NCBI RefSeq assembly: GCF_006345805.1 | Contig: NC_043000.1 | Coordinates: 162,316,001 to 162,380,000, forward strand | Reading direction: 5' to 3' | DNA from: Octopus sinensis | Taxonomy: Eukaryota | Length of the DNA stretch: 64,000 bases | Shown here: one piece after another, positions 1-12,979 of the stretch | Position numbering within the stretch: the first letter of the stretch is position 1 | How the letters are laid out: each line of letters starts with the position of its first letter | Notes under the pieces: generated by a model | The model's database searches: none | What the model was told of the DNA's origin: nothing | The model's input: the letters and a program-made list of their open reading frames with translations, nothing else | Made by a program: the position numbers and the translations under genes

Positions 1-797
<797 letters not shown>

Positions 798-924
798 ATG
801 TATGTATGTATGTATGTATGTATGTATGTATGCATGTTTGTATGTATGTATGTAAGTATGTATGTATGTATAAGCACAGTTATGATTGTACAGTTAAGAA
901 ACTCGCATTGCAGCCATCTTGTTT

Positions 925-1195
925 TGGGTTCATTTCAGTCCCACTCCACGGCGGCTTTTACACATATCTTCTGATAAAACCGCGGACCGATTAATGCCAT
1001 GTGAGTGAATCTAATAGACAGAAACTACCGAAATGTATCGCGTATATGTACGTCCGTGTCCTTGTATTTGAATTTGTTTTCCACAAGTGCCTGACAATCA
1101 GTGGTGGTTTGAACACTGGAGCCTATTTATTCGGCTAAACCCCTTCAAGACAGTGCCCCTGCATGGCCAAAGATCCAAACAAGTAAAAGCTAAAA
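925..1195 (+). mobile_element. Degraded SINE A copy
   Basis: ttcagtcccact...gtgagtgaatc...gcatggcc...aacaagtaaaag is colinear with the 8028-8525 copy. Confidence 0.6.
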
Positions 1196-1329
1196 AATGA
1201 AAGAACTTCCACCGCATAAACGAACACAATATGGCTGCCGTGAATTGATTTTCACCTTTCGGTCTCATTTCGTCGCCGTGGGTGCAGAATTTACAGATTC
1301 ACTTGATATGTCTAGAATATTACATCTCA

Positions 1330-1525
1330 TGCGGAAAGTTCCTGGCTTAAGGGTATCGTGAAAGGCCTGGTGGAGACCCAACCTTCTGAGTTCTTTTCAG
1401 GGCTTGGGAAAACTGAAAGGCCGCTGCAATAAGTGAGTGATTCTGAGAGGAGATCATGTTGGACAAAATCATAATTAACTTATTTTCTTTTACCCAATGC
1501 CAGAAACTTTTCAGCACCCCCACGT
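1330..1525 (+). mobile_element. Non-autonomous mariner element with a transposase C-terminal remnant
   Basis: TIR-like ends gaaagttcctggc / gccagaaacttttcagcacccc; the interior resembles the mariner C-terminus (GL.KL..RC.K....G..V). Confidence 0.6.
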
Positions 1526-1594
1526 GTGTGTGTGTGTATGAGTGTGTGTGTGTGTGTGTGTGTATGTGTGTGTGTGTATTCTTTCTTTGGTTTT

Positions 1595-1735
1595 AGTGGA
1601 ACGAATCGACCCCCTGGTACTTATTTTTTAAAAGCCTGTTACTTATTCTATCGGTCATTTTTGCTGATGCTCTAAGTTTAGGAGATGTAAACACATCATC
1701 ACCGGTTGCCAAGCGGTGCTATGAGACAACTATGA
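1595..1735 (-). mobile_element. SINE A 3' part
   Basis: gaatcgacccc...acttattctatcggtc...accggttgccaagc. Confidence 0.6.
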
Positions 1736-1754
1736 ATAAATGCGCATGCGAGAG

Positions 1755-1791
<37 letters not shown>

Positions 1792-2534
1792 ATAGATATA
1801 CTGGTTTACGTAGCATACAGGTCTATAGGTATACGGGTCTGTTTATCTGACACATGGTTATACACACATCTACTTCTCATTTTTTCCATCTCAATTACAG
1901 TAGTGCTCCAGCATAACCGTAATCATGATGTCTATAATGGTATAAAGAAATACATCTGTAGATGTTTTCGCACCACCACAATTTCGTTAACACTTTTCCA
2001 CTGTACACGTTTGTGTCAGCATAGGTCAGAGGTTTTCGGTCTTTTGCAGCACAGCATCCAATTTCAATGAATGCCGTTTTGCAAACGCCCTCTTCAAATC
2101 ACTTGTGAGAGGGAGGGAGAAAGAGAAAAAGAGAGAAGGGGAAAGAATGAGAAGGAAAGAAAGAATGAAAGTGAGAGAGACAGAGAGCAAGATTGTTTTA
2201 GTCAAGCAGAAGCTAATTTTGTACAGTAATTATTATTCAAATTTCCTCACGCTATCTGTACTATTGCATCTCGCATGTGTCTCCTCCTCCTCCTCCTCCT
2301 ATATATTTGCATGGACTAATTTTCTCTCTCTATTAAAATTTTATGGCAATTTACACAAACAAATTAAACTGGACCTTGCTACAATACCCGAATTCATACT
2401 CTGATATTGTCCTATTTATACTCTTATCATGACAAAGGTTTTTATTTTTATTTTTTTTTTTTCTATTTCTTTTTGGTGGAGGAATGTATTTAAAATATAA
2501 CATTGTGCTAAGTTTCAGTATCATTTCTTAAAAA

Positions 2535-2970
2535 CAGGGCGGCCAACTGACAGAATCGTTTGCGCGCCGGCAAAAAGGCTTAGCGCCATTTCGTCAGTCT
2601 TTACATTCTGAGTTCAAATCTGCTGAGGTCAGATTTGTCGTTTCAGGATCGATAAAATAAGTACCAGTTGAACACTGGGGTCGATGTCATCGACTTTTCT
2701 CCCCTCCCCAAAAAGAATTCTTGGTCTTCTGCCAAACTTTGAAATCAACATTATTCCTTAGAAACAAGGTCGCAAACTGGGAAAATTGTTTGCACGTTGG
2801 GTAAAATGCTTAGCGGCATTTCGTCCGTCTTTACGTTCTGATTTCGAATTCCTCCGAGGCCTATTTTGTTTTTCATCCTTCGAGGGTCGATAAAATAAGT
2901 ACCAGTTGATGTAATCGACTAACCCTTTCCTCGAACTTGTTGGCCATGTGACAAAATTTGAAACCAATAT
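2535..2970 (+). mobile_element. Two tandem SINE B copies (head ggcggcgagctggcagaatcgtt; Meta/MESC-like core; ccaaaatttgaaac tail)
   Basis: Each copy has ttctgagttcaaat, gtcgataaaataagtaccagt and tggggtcgatgt-type blocks. Confidence 0.7.
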
Positions 2971-3631
2971 TTTGTGAGTGTATGAGTATGTATTTGTAGG
3001 TCTTTATTTCCTATGTTCTTTTTAGTTAACTACGTAATTAATGCTTGCGTAAACTTGTAATTCTTCTCCCCTCAATTAGTTTAATCTGGAGGAAAGGGCT
3101 GTGAGATCGGTGAAATTGATGCTATTAACCTTTTGCTTAAACTGTTAAAATGTTCACTGTAGTTATGAATGAGACTCCATAATGAAATCACTTTATGTTT
3201 ATGTTCGGTATTAATTTAAGTTTGGTGTCTGTAACTTAGGACGAAATGTGTGTCTTCTGAGTAACGACGTTCCCTTAACGTTACAAGATCACTGACTATA
3301 ACACATCGTTATCCTGTCTGAAGTGTTTATACCGCGTAGATAATAACAGTTTAATATGACAGATACTTTTAGTCTCTTCTTTGCAGATGAAATTCCACAG
3401 CAGTGCATATCCATTGATCTATGCTCTATAAAACCTTATTTCATCTGCTTGGTTTATGACATATGGATTTTTATAAGGTTTCACGGGTACTTTAAAGGAT
3501 GCTTTCATCTTTTTGTTGTTGTTACAGTAGAAATCTCTTCAATTAGCATTCTGCATTGTTTTCACCAAGATATTCTTCAGAAAAGTCGAGAATGCTATAG
3601 ACGTCTGCATGAATTCGTATATATGTATTTA

Positions 3632-3990
3632 CTAGCAGTACAGCCCGGCGTTGCTCGGGTTTGTTTCGACCCTTTAGAATTGGAATTTTTGGAAAGTAAA
3701 AATATTGCATTATGTAGCTTGTTATTCTCTTTAAGTGAACATTTTTCTGGTTGAAATACCCCGAAAAATGACGACACAGCAGTCAAAAAATCGTAAAAAA
3801 TAGGGATTTTCATAGAAAAAAAGCACTTTTTTGATTTAAATAATGGTCAAATTTGAATTTATTCTTCTACGGAATATTCTTCTATCATACTCTCAATTTT
3901 GGTCAACTTGCGCAGCAGGGTCTCGGAGGAGATAGTGTTAGTTGAAGGCTACCAAACATGCCACAAACACACAGACAACTTCAGCTTTAT

Positions 3991-4046
<56 letters not shown>
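3632..4046 (-). mobile_element. Non-autonomous Helitron
   Basis: 3' hairpin cccgagcaacgccggg followed by CTAG|T; 5' end TCT...(TA)n-aaagctgaagttgtctgtgtg; same 3' end as 13480-13874 and 33287-33661. Confidence 0.8.
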
Positions 4047-4150
4047 ATTAAGAAAGAAAAATATGAATGAATACAGGAGCTGCGTTAAAAAAATATAAAA
4101 TAAACATGTTATCGAATGTACAGACATATGATACAGAATGTTGTACTTTG

Positions 4151-5133
4151 TCATTCTATATTTTTACGTAACGTGTACCAATTCAAGAAATAATCAATTT
4201 CCTGTAGGCAGAAGAAAAGACAGCTCAAGATTCTGATAAGCTACAGATAATATCGTCTGCGTTGGTACACAGTAACTATGTTTTCTCTTATCTCGGTGAT
4301 TTACAATCATGTATATCTTTTCAGTTTATCAAATAATTAATTATAATTTCCTATTCCTGAAAAGTAAAAAAGTATCTTTCTAGATGAAATATAATATGTT
4401 TATCGCAAGTTCAGGAATGCTTAGCTTCTCTAAATTATTGTCATTTTCTAACTTGCGAGACGTATATCCATGAATAAACTGCATATATTCTGGGTGGTTT
4501 CTCTGAATTTTGAGATTTTAGTTCCCAGAAATATGCCAGTTCAACCATTTTAGGTACAAATACGTCCATATTTTGCTGATGCTGAAGATTTCTCCTTTAG
4601 TCTTTAACGGCATTAGCCTTGCATTTATGGATTTATGGGAGATGTTCAGCTTTCATTTCTCATGAAAATGTTTGATAGCGTTACAAAGGTTTTTTTATTT
4701 TTTATTTTTATGTAAGGCCCGTATAATTATTCAAGGTGTCATACGGTCGTGCGAGAGTTACCTTGTAGAATGCTGCACTGAAAGGCAGAATTAGGTGAAA
4801 TAATTTCGACATTTGCAAGTGTTTTGAATCCAGCAGCCGGCCGCGAGATATTAACAACTAACCATCACCGAATTATAGGTTCCACTACGTAAAACAAACC
4901 AATGAAGACGACTTTTAATTATTCCTCAAGTGGTTGCCTACTTACTCAGTACTGTTACAATCGAGAAATATGACAAGTGTACCTGTTAAAATTTTAGTAA
5001 TGCAGAAATGAGTCCAAAATTCCATGCAAAAATTGAACCACTACGACGTTTTTTTTTTATACTCTTATCTGTACACATACAGACAGATACAGAAACATAG
5101 AGACACAAGCATACATACGTATATTATATATAT

Positions 5134-5210
<77 letters not shown>

Positions 5211-5687
5211 AAAGAGAGAAGAGAAAAGAGACAGACAGAGAGGCTAGTAGTTAGATAGATAGATTACCAAAGAAATACAGAGCAAATTGAAAACTATTGA
5301 AATAGAAAAGGAATTAATAGGGGAAAGAATGAGAACGTGAGAGTTTTGTGAGTGTTTGTGTGTATATCGTATATTGTATATATTTGTGACTCTGGCCGTG
5401 TGCTTTGAAGGGAGACAGGCAAATGAGCAAAGCATAAAGCAATAAGAAATAAAAATAAATTAATCAAAATGTTGAAAACTAAAACAGCGAGACGATCCAG
5501 TGACTGAATAAGGAAAAGTGACGGTTATAAGATTTATATTTTTTTCCTTCACTTCAAGATTGTTTTCTCTTTCTCGTTGAAGGCAGTCCATTACTTAAGG
5601 GGTAGTTTGTACTCAGCACAGGCCTACCCATGTTCCCCATTGGTAATCCAGGTGAAGCCAGCAGCTTCCTCAAATCTATAATTCCAT
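4151..5687 (-). other. Tentative micro-exon chain (5687-5628, 4982-4946, 4777-4762, 4201-4151) of an unidentified gene
   Basis: Acceptors ttgctag, ttttaacag, ctaattctgcctttcag and gtcttttcttctgcctacag; donors gtaggc, gtaagt and gtaact; joins in frame to DGIIDLRKLLASPGLPMGNMGTLVIFLDCNSTDAAFYKEIDYFLNWYTLRKNIE*; no homology recognised. Confidence 0.25.
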
Positions 5688-6564
5688 CTAGCAAGTTTGT
5701 CATAAATTTAGTAAAATATGTGTCTATCACGAATCTCTTCCAATGCGAAAGTCTCTCTCGCTTTTTTTTTCTGTTTTTTTTTGTTTTTTTTTGTAATTCA
5801 CACAAGAGTTGCCGGTAGTATATTTAGTTTTCACAAAGTGAATTCAATCGAAGTCATTCATTTTGAACGTTGAATGCCACCAGCTTAGGATATCTGTGCT
5901 CTTGCAATTAATCGTTCATTTTACTCTTTGAAATTGACCTTTCAGTTGTTAATGGACAAAAACATCATCAGCAACAACAACAGCATCACAACAACAGTAA
6001 CAACAACACCACCAACAACAACAATGTCATCAACATTGGTTACTTACATGTTCGAGATAGAGAAAACAGCGAAATGTGATAATGATTTTCTCAACGACAT
6101 TATTGATATAAACGCACTAAAATGTCTGGAATTAATGAATCAATATAAAGATCAAATGATCGATTAAGCGTTGCAGCCAGCTGAGTCACTCTTTGAGTCA
6201 CCAGCACTTTAATGTGTCACTGGCAAATGCGTTACACTTTCAAATGAACTAGCTGTAAACGAGTGACACGTGGACAACAGCTCACTGCTTGTAGAGACAT
6301 TAGCTTTATTTGATTGTTCTGTATGTTTTGTATGAATATATATTTGATTCGTCCACTTGGGATATTGAATTCAAATCTTTCTATAGACAAAATTCATCCT
6401 TACATGGAATTTTAATTGCAACAAAGACAGAAGGTTTTTCAGATGTGTATGAATTAAGGCATTTACATTGAACGGAGGAATTTTGTAAGAAACATTGGTA
6501 TAAAGAAAAAATCAAATAAATTTTCTAAGCATCACTTGGAAATTTAGAGGAAATTACTGAAAGG

Positions 6565-6990
6565 AAGTGAGCTAGCAGGATCATTTCTGCGCCAGACAAA
6601 AAGGTCTAACAGGGTTTCTTCCGGCTTAACGTTTCGAGTTCGAATACTACCGTGGTCGATTTTGCTTTTCATTCTTTCGAGTCTGATAAAGTAAGTACCA
6701 GTTGAGTACTGGGGATGATGCAAACCAACTTGTTCCCTCCCACCAAAATTTTGGGCCAAGAATCATTATGAATTGCCAAAAGAAGCGTTAGCGCTTCGAA
6801 CAAAATATAAAACTAAATGGCATTTGATACGATTCTTTACGTTCCGAGTTCAAATTCCGCTGTGATTGACTTCGCCTTTCATCATTTCGATGTCGATAAA
6901 ATAAATACCAATTGAATATTGGGGTCGATGAAATCGACTAACACCCACCCATAAAAATTGCTGACCTCGTGCAAAAATTTGAAATAATTA
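6565..6990 (+). mobile_element. Two tandem degraded SINE B copies
   Basis: gagttcgaat/gagttcaaattcc, ctttcatc, gataaa-taccag and ggggtcgatg blocks occur twice. Confidence 0.7.
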
Positions 6991-7317
6991 TTATAAAGTG
7001 CCTGATCTGTAAATAATTTTTCTAACAAAAACTATATCGCCTGAAAAATCTATTGAGTTCAATACACTTCGCTAAGGAGGTCTAATAAAACCGAAGTTCG
7101 GAAATGCCAATAGTCCTACTAAAACATAGATATGCTGAACTTTTCTTATGCCTGATTAATTTTTAACCAATTCAAATTTCGGAGTTGTCTCTCTTGTTTT
7201 TCTTTACAAGAATCTTTATTATTAATTACTTTCTATTGGTTTCAAGTGTCGATTCAGATTAAAATTTCTTTTGGGCACACTACATTAAATATATTAGCCT
7301 GCACTTAACCACATACT

Positions 7318-7550
7318 CGTATTTAACATACATACATACATACATACATACATACATACATACATACATACATACATACATACATACATACATACACACA
7401 TCCATCCATCCATCCATCCATCCATCCATCCTCCATCCATACATACATACATACATACATACATACATACATACATACATACATACGTACATAATTAAAT
7501 ACATACATACATACATACATAAATACATACATACATACATACATACATAA

Positions 7551-7581
<31 letters not shown>

Positions 7582-8020
7582 CACACACACACATAGATGC
7601 ATACATACATACATACATACATACATACATACACACACGCACACACACATACATACATACATACATACATACACACACTCACACACATACATACATACAT
7701 ACATACACATACATACATACATACATACATACATACATACATACACACACGCACACACACATACATACATACATACATACATACATACATACAAAAATGC
7801 CCTGTTACTGATGTTGAAATCCCAATGAAGGAGCCTTGAATATAGGTTAGAAACCGGCTCTTTCGCTACTGGCAAAAAAATCTTGAAATAAAACTGAACC
7901 ATGACATCCATCCATCCATCCATCCATCCATCCATCCATCCATCCATCCATCATCCATCCATACATACATACATACATACATACATACATACATACATAC
8001 ATGCATACATAAATACATAC
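7318..8020. repeat. Large (TACA)n/(TCCA)n microsatellite complex with a ~110-bp embedded element (7795-7905)
   Basis: Direct reading. Confidence 0.95.
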
Positions 8021-8027
8021 AAACGTT

Positions 8028-8525
<498 letters not shown>

Positions 8526-9364
8526 AAAAAAAGAGCATATATCTGTACATATTCATCCGCCAGAGCGACGAGGCTCAACTTGTCAAGCTTAAGGTTTGAT
8601 TACTTGAGGGGTGATTTTGTTTAATGTGTAGAAACATTGCTTACTATTAACCTCACTCTCTCCTCCGTGACCATCTTGAATCCAATTGCAAGACCAGGTT
8701 AAGATTTGGGGGGATTGAAATTAATGCAGTGGATGACTAAAATGTGGCACTTGCCTCATCTCTGCACTCCACAATGCGTGACTGCAACTGCCATGCGCAC
8801 TTTTGACTAAGGTTTCTTCTGTAGTATTCACCAGATTCGTCCTCACACACTTGCATTCACACACACACACATACACACACACACACACATTGATGCTAAT
8901 GTCAGCAGCAAGAGAGGACAATCTTACAGTCGTGGCTAATTGCATTTCATCGCATTTCAAAGATTATGTCCCCAGGACATGAAATAGGTTTTTAAATATC
9001 TTTTTAACGCAGCAGACGATGAAAACTCTTAAAACTTCAAAGACGCAACTAAAAATATCGTTTATGTCGCATTTTTGTGTCATTTATATCAGAGCTTGCC
9101 CCGAGATATCATCAAATTCCTACTTTTAATGCAATATCCCGTTATTACCAAAGCAATAAACAAACGCCAGCCATAGTAATGCGTGTCTAATAACAAATAT
9201 ACGCAAACAATATTCCTGATGTTGAGTATATCAATATTTTTATTAATATCACATTTTTATAACATGTGACATATGAATAAAAATCTGTAAATGTAAAACC
9301 ATCCAGATTTCTGAGTACCTTATTTCATCTAATATATAATACCTGTACATCACCTAAACAAGGG

Positions 9365-9616
9365 ATTAAGTCTATTACATCGATCCCAGTGCGAAACTGG
9401 TACTTTATTTATCGACCCCGAAAGGGATGAAAGCAAAGTCGACCTCGGCGGAATTGGAACTCAAAAGTAACGACTTCAAATTCTGCCGAGGTCGACTTTG
9501 CCTTTCATCCCTTTCGGGGTCGATAAATAAAGTACCAGTTTCGCACTGGGGTCGATGTAATAGACTTAATACCTTAGTTTGTCCCCTCTATGTTTAGCCC
9601 CTTATGGGTAGTAAAG

Positions 9617-9620
<4 letters not shown>
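9365..9620 (+). mobile_element. SINE B with a 5' inverted self-duplication (fold-back) and the Tx1-like tail
   Basis: 9365-9461 is the reverse complement of 9474-9570; tail tttagccccttatgggtagtaaagaaat. Confidence 0.85.
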
Positions 9621-9660
<40 letters not shown>

Positions 9661-9989
9661 GTATGTATGTATATACATACATAAATACATACATACATAC
9701 ATATACACACATATATGTATGTATAGGAAAAATAGTAATAGGAAAGAATAGTGGGAGAAGAGGTGGTAAAAGAATAAGAGAGAGAAAGAGACAAAAACGA
9801 AAGAGTAAAAAGATCGTATGGATTTATTGAGATAAAACTTATTTGGAAGAGGATGCGTGGCGTTCTTCGAACAGGAAGGAAGAAAAGAAGAGAAAGTAGA
9901 AAAAGAAAGGGTTTAGGTCTTGGTCAGTCCTGATCAAGCGTATCCACACAGGCATTCCTGTCAAGACAAAAATCGACGTTTCTACTTAT

Positions 9990-10370
9990 TTGTGGTTTAA
10001 GAAAATCGTTTCGCAACCACATGGTTTCGGCTTCAGTTCCATTGCGCTATACGTTGGGCATATATCTTCCACAATAGCTGCGGGTCGACCAATGCCTTGT
10101 AAATGAATATGGTCGATGGAAAATGCGTTGAAGCCGTCATATATGTATATACAGTGCGTGCCTTTGTGTATGTTTGGCTCCAGCGCTTGGCAACTGTTGT
10201 TGGTTTGCACACGTCCTCGTAACGTGGCAGTTCGGCAAACGAGACCAATAGAATAAGTACCAAGCTTTAAAAAATAAGTACTGCGGTGTATTTGTTCCAT
10301 TTAAAGTCCGTAAGATGTGTGCCCCAGTGTGAGCACACTCCTATGATTGAAACAAGGGAAAAATAAAAGT
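9990..10370 (+). mobile_element. Degraded SINE A
   Basis: caaccacatggtttcggcttcagttcca...gggtcgaccaatgccttgt...gagaccaatagaataagtac. Confidence 0.7.
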
Positions 10371-10509
10371 TAAAATATGTATGTCACTATATTGCTTAAT
10401 ATGTCCGTCCCCTCTTTGAGACAACAGAATGGGATTTGAAAGAGTTTTAGCTGCAATTTCACGCATATTGAGACTACGGCGGGAAGCTCTTGTTTTGATC
10501 TTACTTTTA

Positions 10510-11631
10510 ATTGTAGCCTGTCTTGTGGTTCGACTTCTTAAGAAGCACTACTCACTTCGCCTGTGCTTGGGCCTCGTAAAAAGCACTACTCACCTCGCCT
10601 GTGCTTGGGCCTCGTAAAAAGCACTACTCACCTCGCCTGTGCTTGGGCCTCGTAAAAAGCACTACTCACCTCGCCTGTGCTTAGGCCTCGTAAAAAGCAC
10701 TACTCACCTCGCCTGTGCTTGGGCCTCGTAAAAAGCACTATTCACCTCGCCTGTGCTTAGGCCTCGTAAAAAGCACTACTCACCTCGCCTGTGCTTGGGC
10801 CTCGTAAAAAGCACTACTCACCTCGCCTGTGCTTAGGCCTCGTAAAAAGCACTACTCACCTCGCCTGTGCTTGGGCCTCGTAAAAAGCACTACTCACTTC
10901 GCCTGTTCTTGGGCCTCGTAAAAAGCACTACTCACCTCGCCTGTGCTTGGGCCTCGTAAAAAGCACTACTCACCTCGCCTGTGCTTAGGCCTCGTAAAAA
11001 GCACTACTCACCTCGCCTGTGCTTGGGCCTCGTAAAAAGCACTACTCACCTCGCCTGTGCTTGGACCTCGTAAAAAGCACTAAGTTCACTCCGCTGAGTG
11101 GTTGGGCCTCGTAAAAAGCACTACTCACCTCGCCTGTGCTTGGGCCTCGTAAAAAGCACTACTCACCTCGCCTGTGCTTGGGCCTCGTCAAAAGCACTAC
11201 TCACCTCGCCTGTGCTTCGGCCTCATAAAAAGCACTACTCACTTCGCCTGTGCTTGGGTCCTCGTAAAAAGCACTACTCACCTCGCCTGTGCTTGGGCCT
11301 CGTAAAAAGCACTACTCACCTCGCCTGTGCTTGGGCCTCGTAAAAAGCACTACTCACCTCGCCTGTGCTTGGGCCTCGTAAAAAGCACTACTCACCTCGC
11401 CTGTGCTTGGGCCTCGTAAAAAGCACTACTCACCTCGCCTGTGCTTGGACCTCGTAAAAAGCACTAAGTTCACTCCGCTGAGTGGTTGGTGTTAGGAAGG
11501 GCATCAAGCTGTAAAAATCCTGTCAAAACAGTCACAGAAGTCTGGTGCATTCTTCGGCCTGGCCGGCTCTTGTGGAACCGTCCCACCCCTGCTAGCATAG
11601 AAGATGGACGTTAAACGACGACGACGACGAC

Positions 11632-11684
<53 letters not shown>

Positions 11685-11685
11685 C
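10510..11685 (+). mobile_element. SINE-like element C with an internal tandem array and an (ATG)n tail (RTE-type tail)
   Basis: The array exits into gagtggttggtgttaggaagggcatcaagctgtaaaa...gatggacgttaaacgacgacgatgatgatg. Confidence 0.7.
10540..11465 (+). repeat. Minisatellite, 38-bp unit x ~24 (TAAAAAGCACTACTCACCTCGCCTGTGCTTGGGCCTCG)
   Basis: Period 38 read directly (ctgtgcttgg at 10561 and 10599); no spacers. Confidence 0.97.
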
Positions 11686-11949
11686 GGTGTTGGTATAATA
11701 TCGTTGTTGTTGCTGTTATTGAGCCCAAAGTCGGCTCTGATTAAGTAGACTCGTGATTAAAAACCTTCCAGCAACGGCCATTCTATCCGTTTTCTTTATC
11801 AGGTTTCATTAATCCATTATTACATGATTTACTCGAGTATTGTGTAATATTATCAAGACAGCAATTAATGATTTAAGGGAAATATGACTGTTATTTCTAT
11901 TAAGTCAAGCGACCTTGCAGAGGCTTCCTTGCTTGGTTCGTCCGTGATG

Positions 11950-12700
11950 TTATAGTTTAAGGTGTTGTTGTTGTTGTTGTCAGCAGTTACGGTGCTGCTA
12001 GTGGTGCTGGTGGTAGAAGTATTGGTGATGGTGATGATGAGGAGGAGGATGAGGAAGGTGATGATGATGACAGAGGTGCTACTGGTGGTGGTGGTGATGA
12101 CAATTAATTGGTAGAGGATGTTTTTCCGTTGCTAATGAGGAACATGGCTTTAGGGGTGTTGTGGTGGGGGAGACTTTCTGGTATCGATGCGGTAGTAGTA
12201 TTTGTTCCTACTGCTATTGATGATGATGATGACAATGGTGGTGGTTGTGATGGTGGTGATGATGATGATGATGATGATGATGATGACGACGACGATGATG
12301 ATAGTGTTGGTGATGATGACGACGATGATGATAGTGTTGGTGATGATGATGATGATCATGATGATCATGACGATGATGATGATAGTGTTGGTGATGGTGG
12401 TGTTACTGCCGCTGTTGTTGTCTTTCACGAGGTTCATGGCCTATTTTACCGCTGCTGGTGAAGGTGCTGATGTCTTTACCACTGCTGCTGCTGCTGCTAC
12501 GCTTAGATTCAGACTTGTTTACTCATCTGAATGAAGTTTGTTGTTGCAGTTTCTGTTGTTGTTGTTGTTACAGATAATGGTGTTGCTAATGGGGTTGTTA
12601 TCAATAATGTTGATATTCTTGATGTTCTTGGTGATGTTGTTGTTGCTGTTATTGCTTATGTCGTTAATGTTTTGGCTGTTGACGTTGCCGTTAGCGCTAA
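11950..12700. repeat. Cryptic (GAT/GTT/GGT)n low-complexity domain
   Basis: Direct reading. Confidence 0.9.
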
Positions 12701-12751
12701 TTATTGACCAACGATCAACCGTAACTATCTCGTCATTGTTTCGCTTATCAG

Positions 12752-12936
12752 ACATAGGCGTGGCTGTGTGGTAAGACGCTAGCTTCCCAACCACATGGCT
12801 CTGGGTTCAGTTTCAGAGGGTGGCACCTTGGGCAAGTATCTTCTACTATAGACGAATAAAGCCTTCTACTCGGGCCGACCAAAGGACCAAAGCCTTATGA
12901 GTGAATGTGCTAGAAGGAAACTGAAAGGAGCCAATC

Positions 12937-12979
<43 letters not shown>

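Noticed and set aside
3387-3600. Plus-strand exon candidates after strong acceptors (3387, 5583, 28603)
   Set aside because: No consistent donor/frame chain and no recognisable peptide; such acceptors are frequent by chance
4300-4357. Exon after the strong minus-strand acceptor at ~4358
   Set aside because: Stops occur in all three frames before any donor; it could only be an alternative terminal exon and has no support
5928-6167. Plus-strand 79-aa ORF and an overlapping minus-strand exon candidate (6125-6048)
   Set aside because: The N-terminus is an (ACA)n repeat; the minus-strand candidate is phase-incompatible with the proposed chain
10540-11465. CRISPR array
   Set aside because: Units are contiguous with no unique spacers, there are no cas genes, and the array lies inside a eukaryotic SINE
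11504-12794. Poly-His, poly-Asp and poly-Met ORFs
   Set aside because: Trinucleotide low-complexity DNA open in several frames and on both strands, with no splice or domain support
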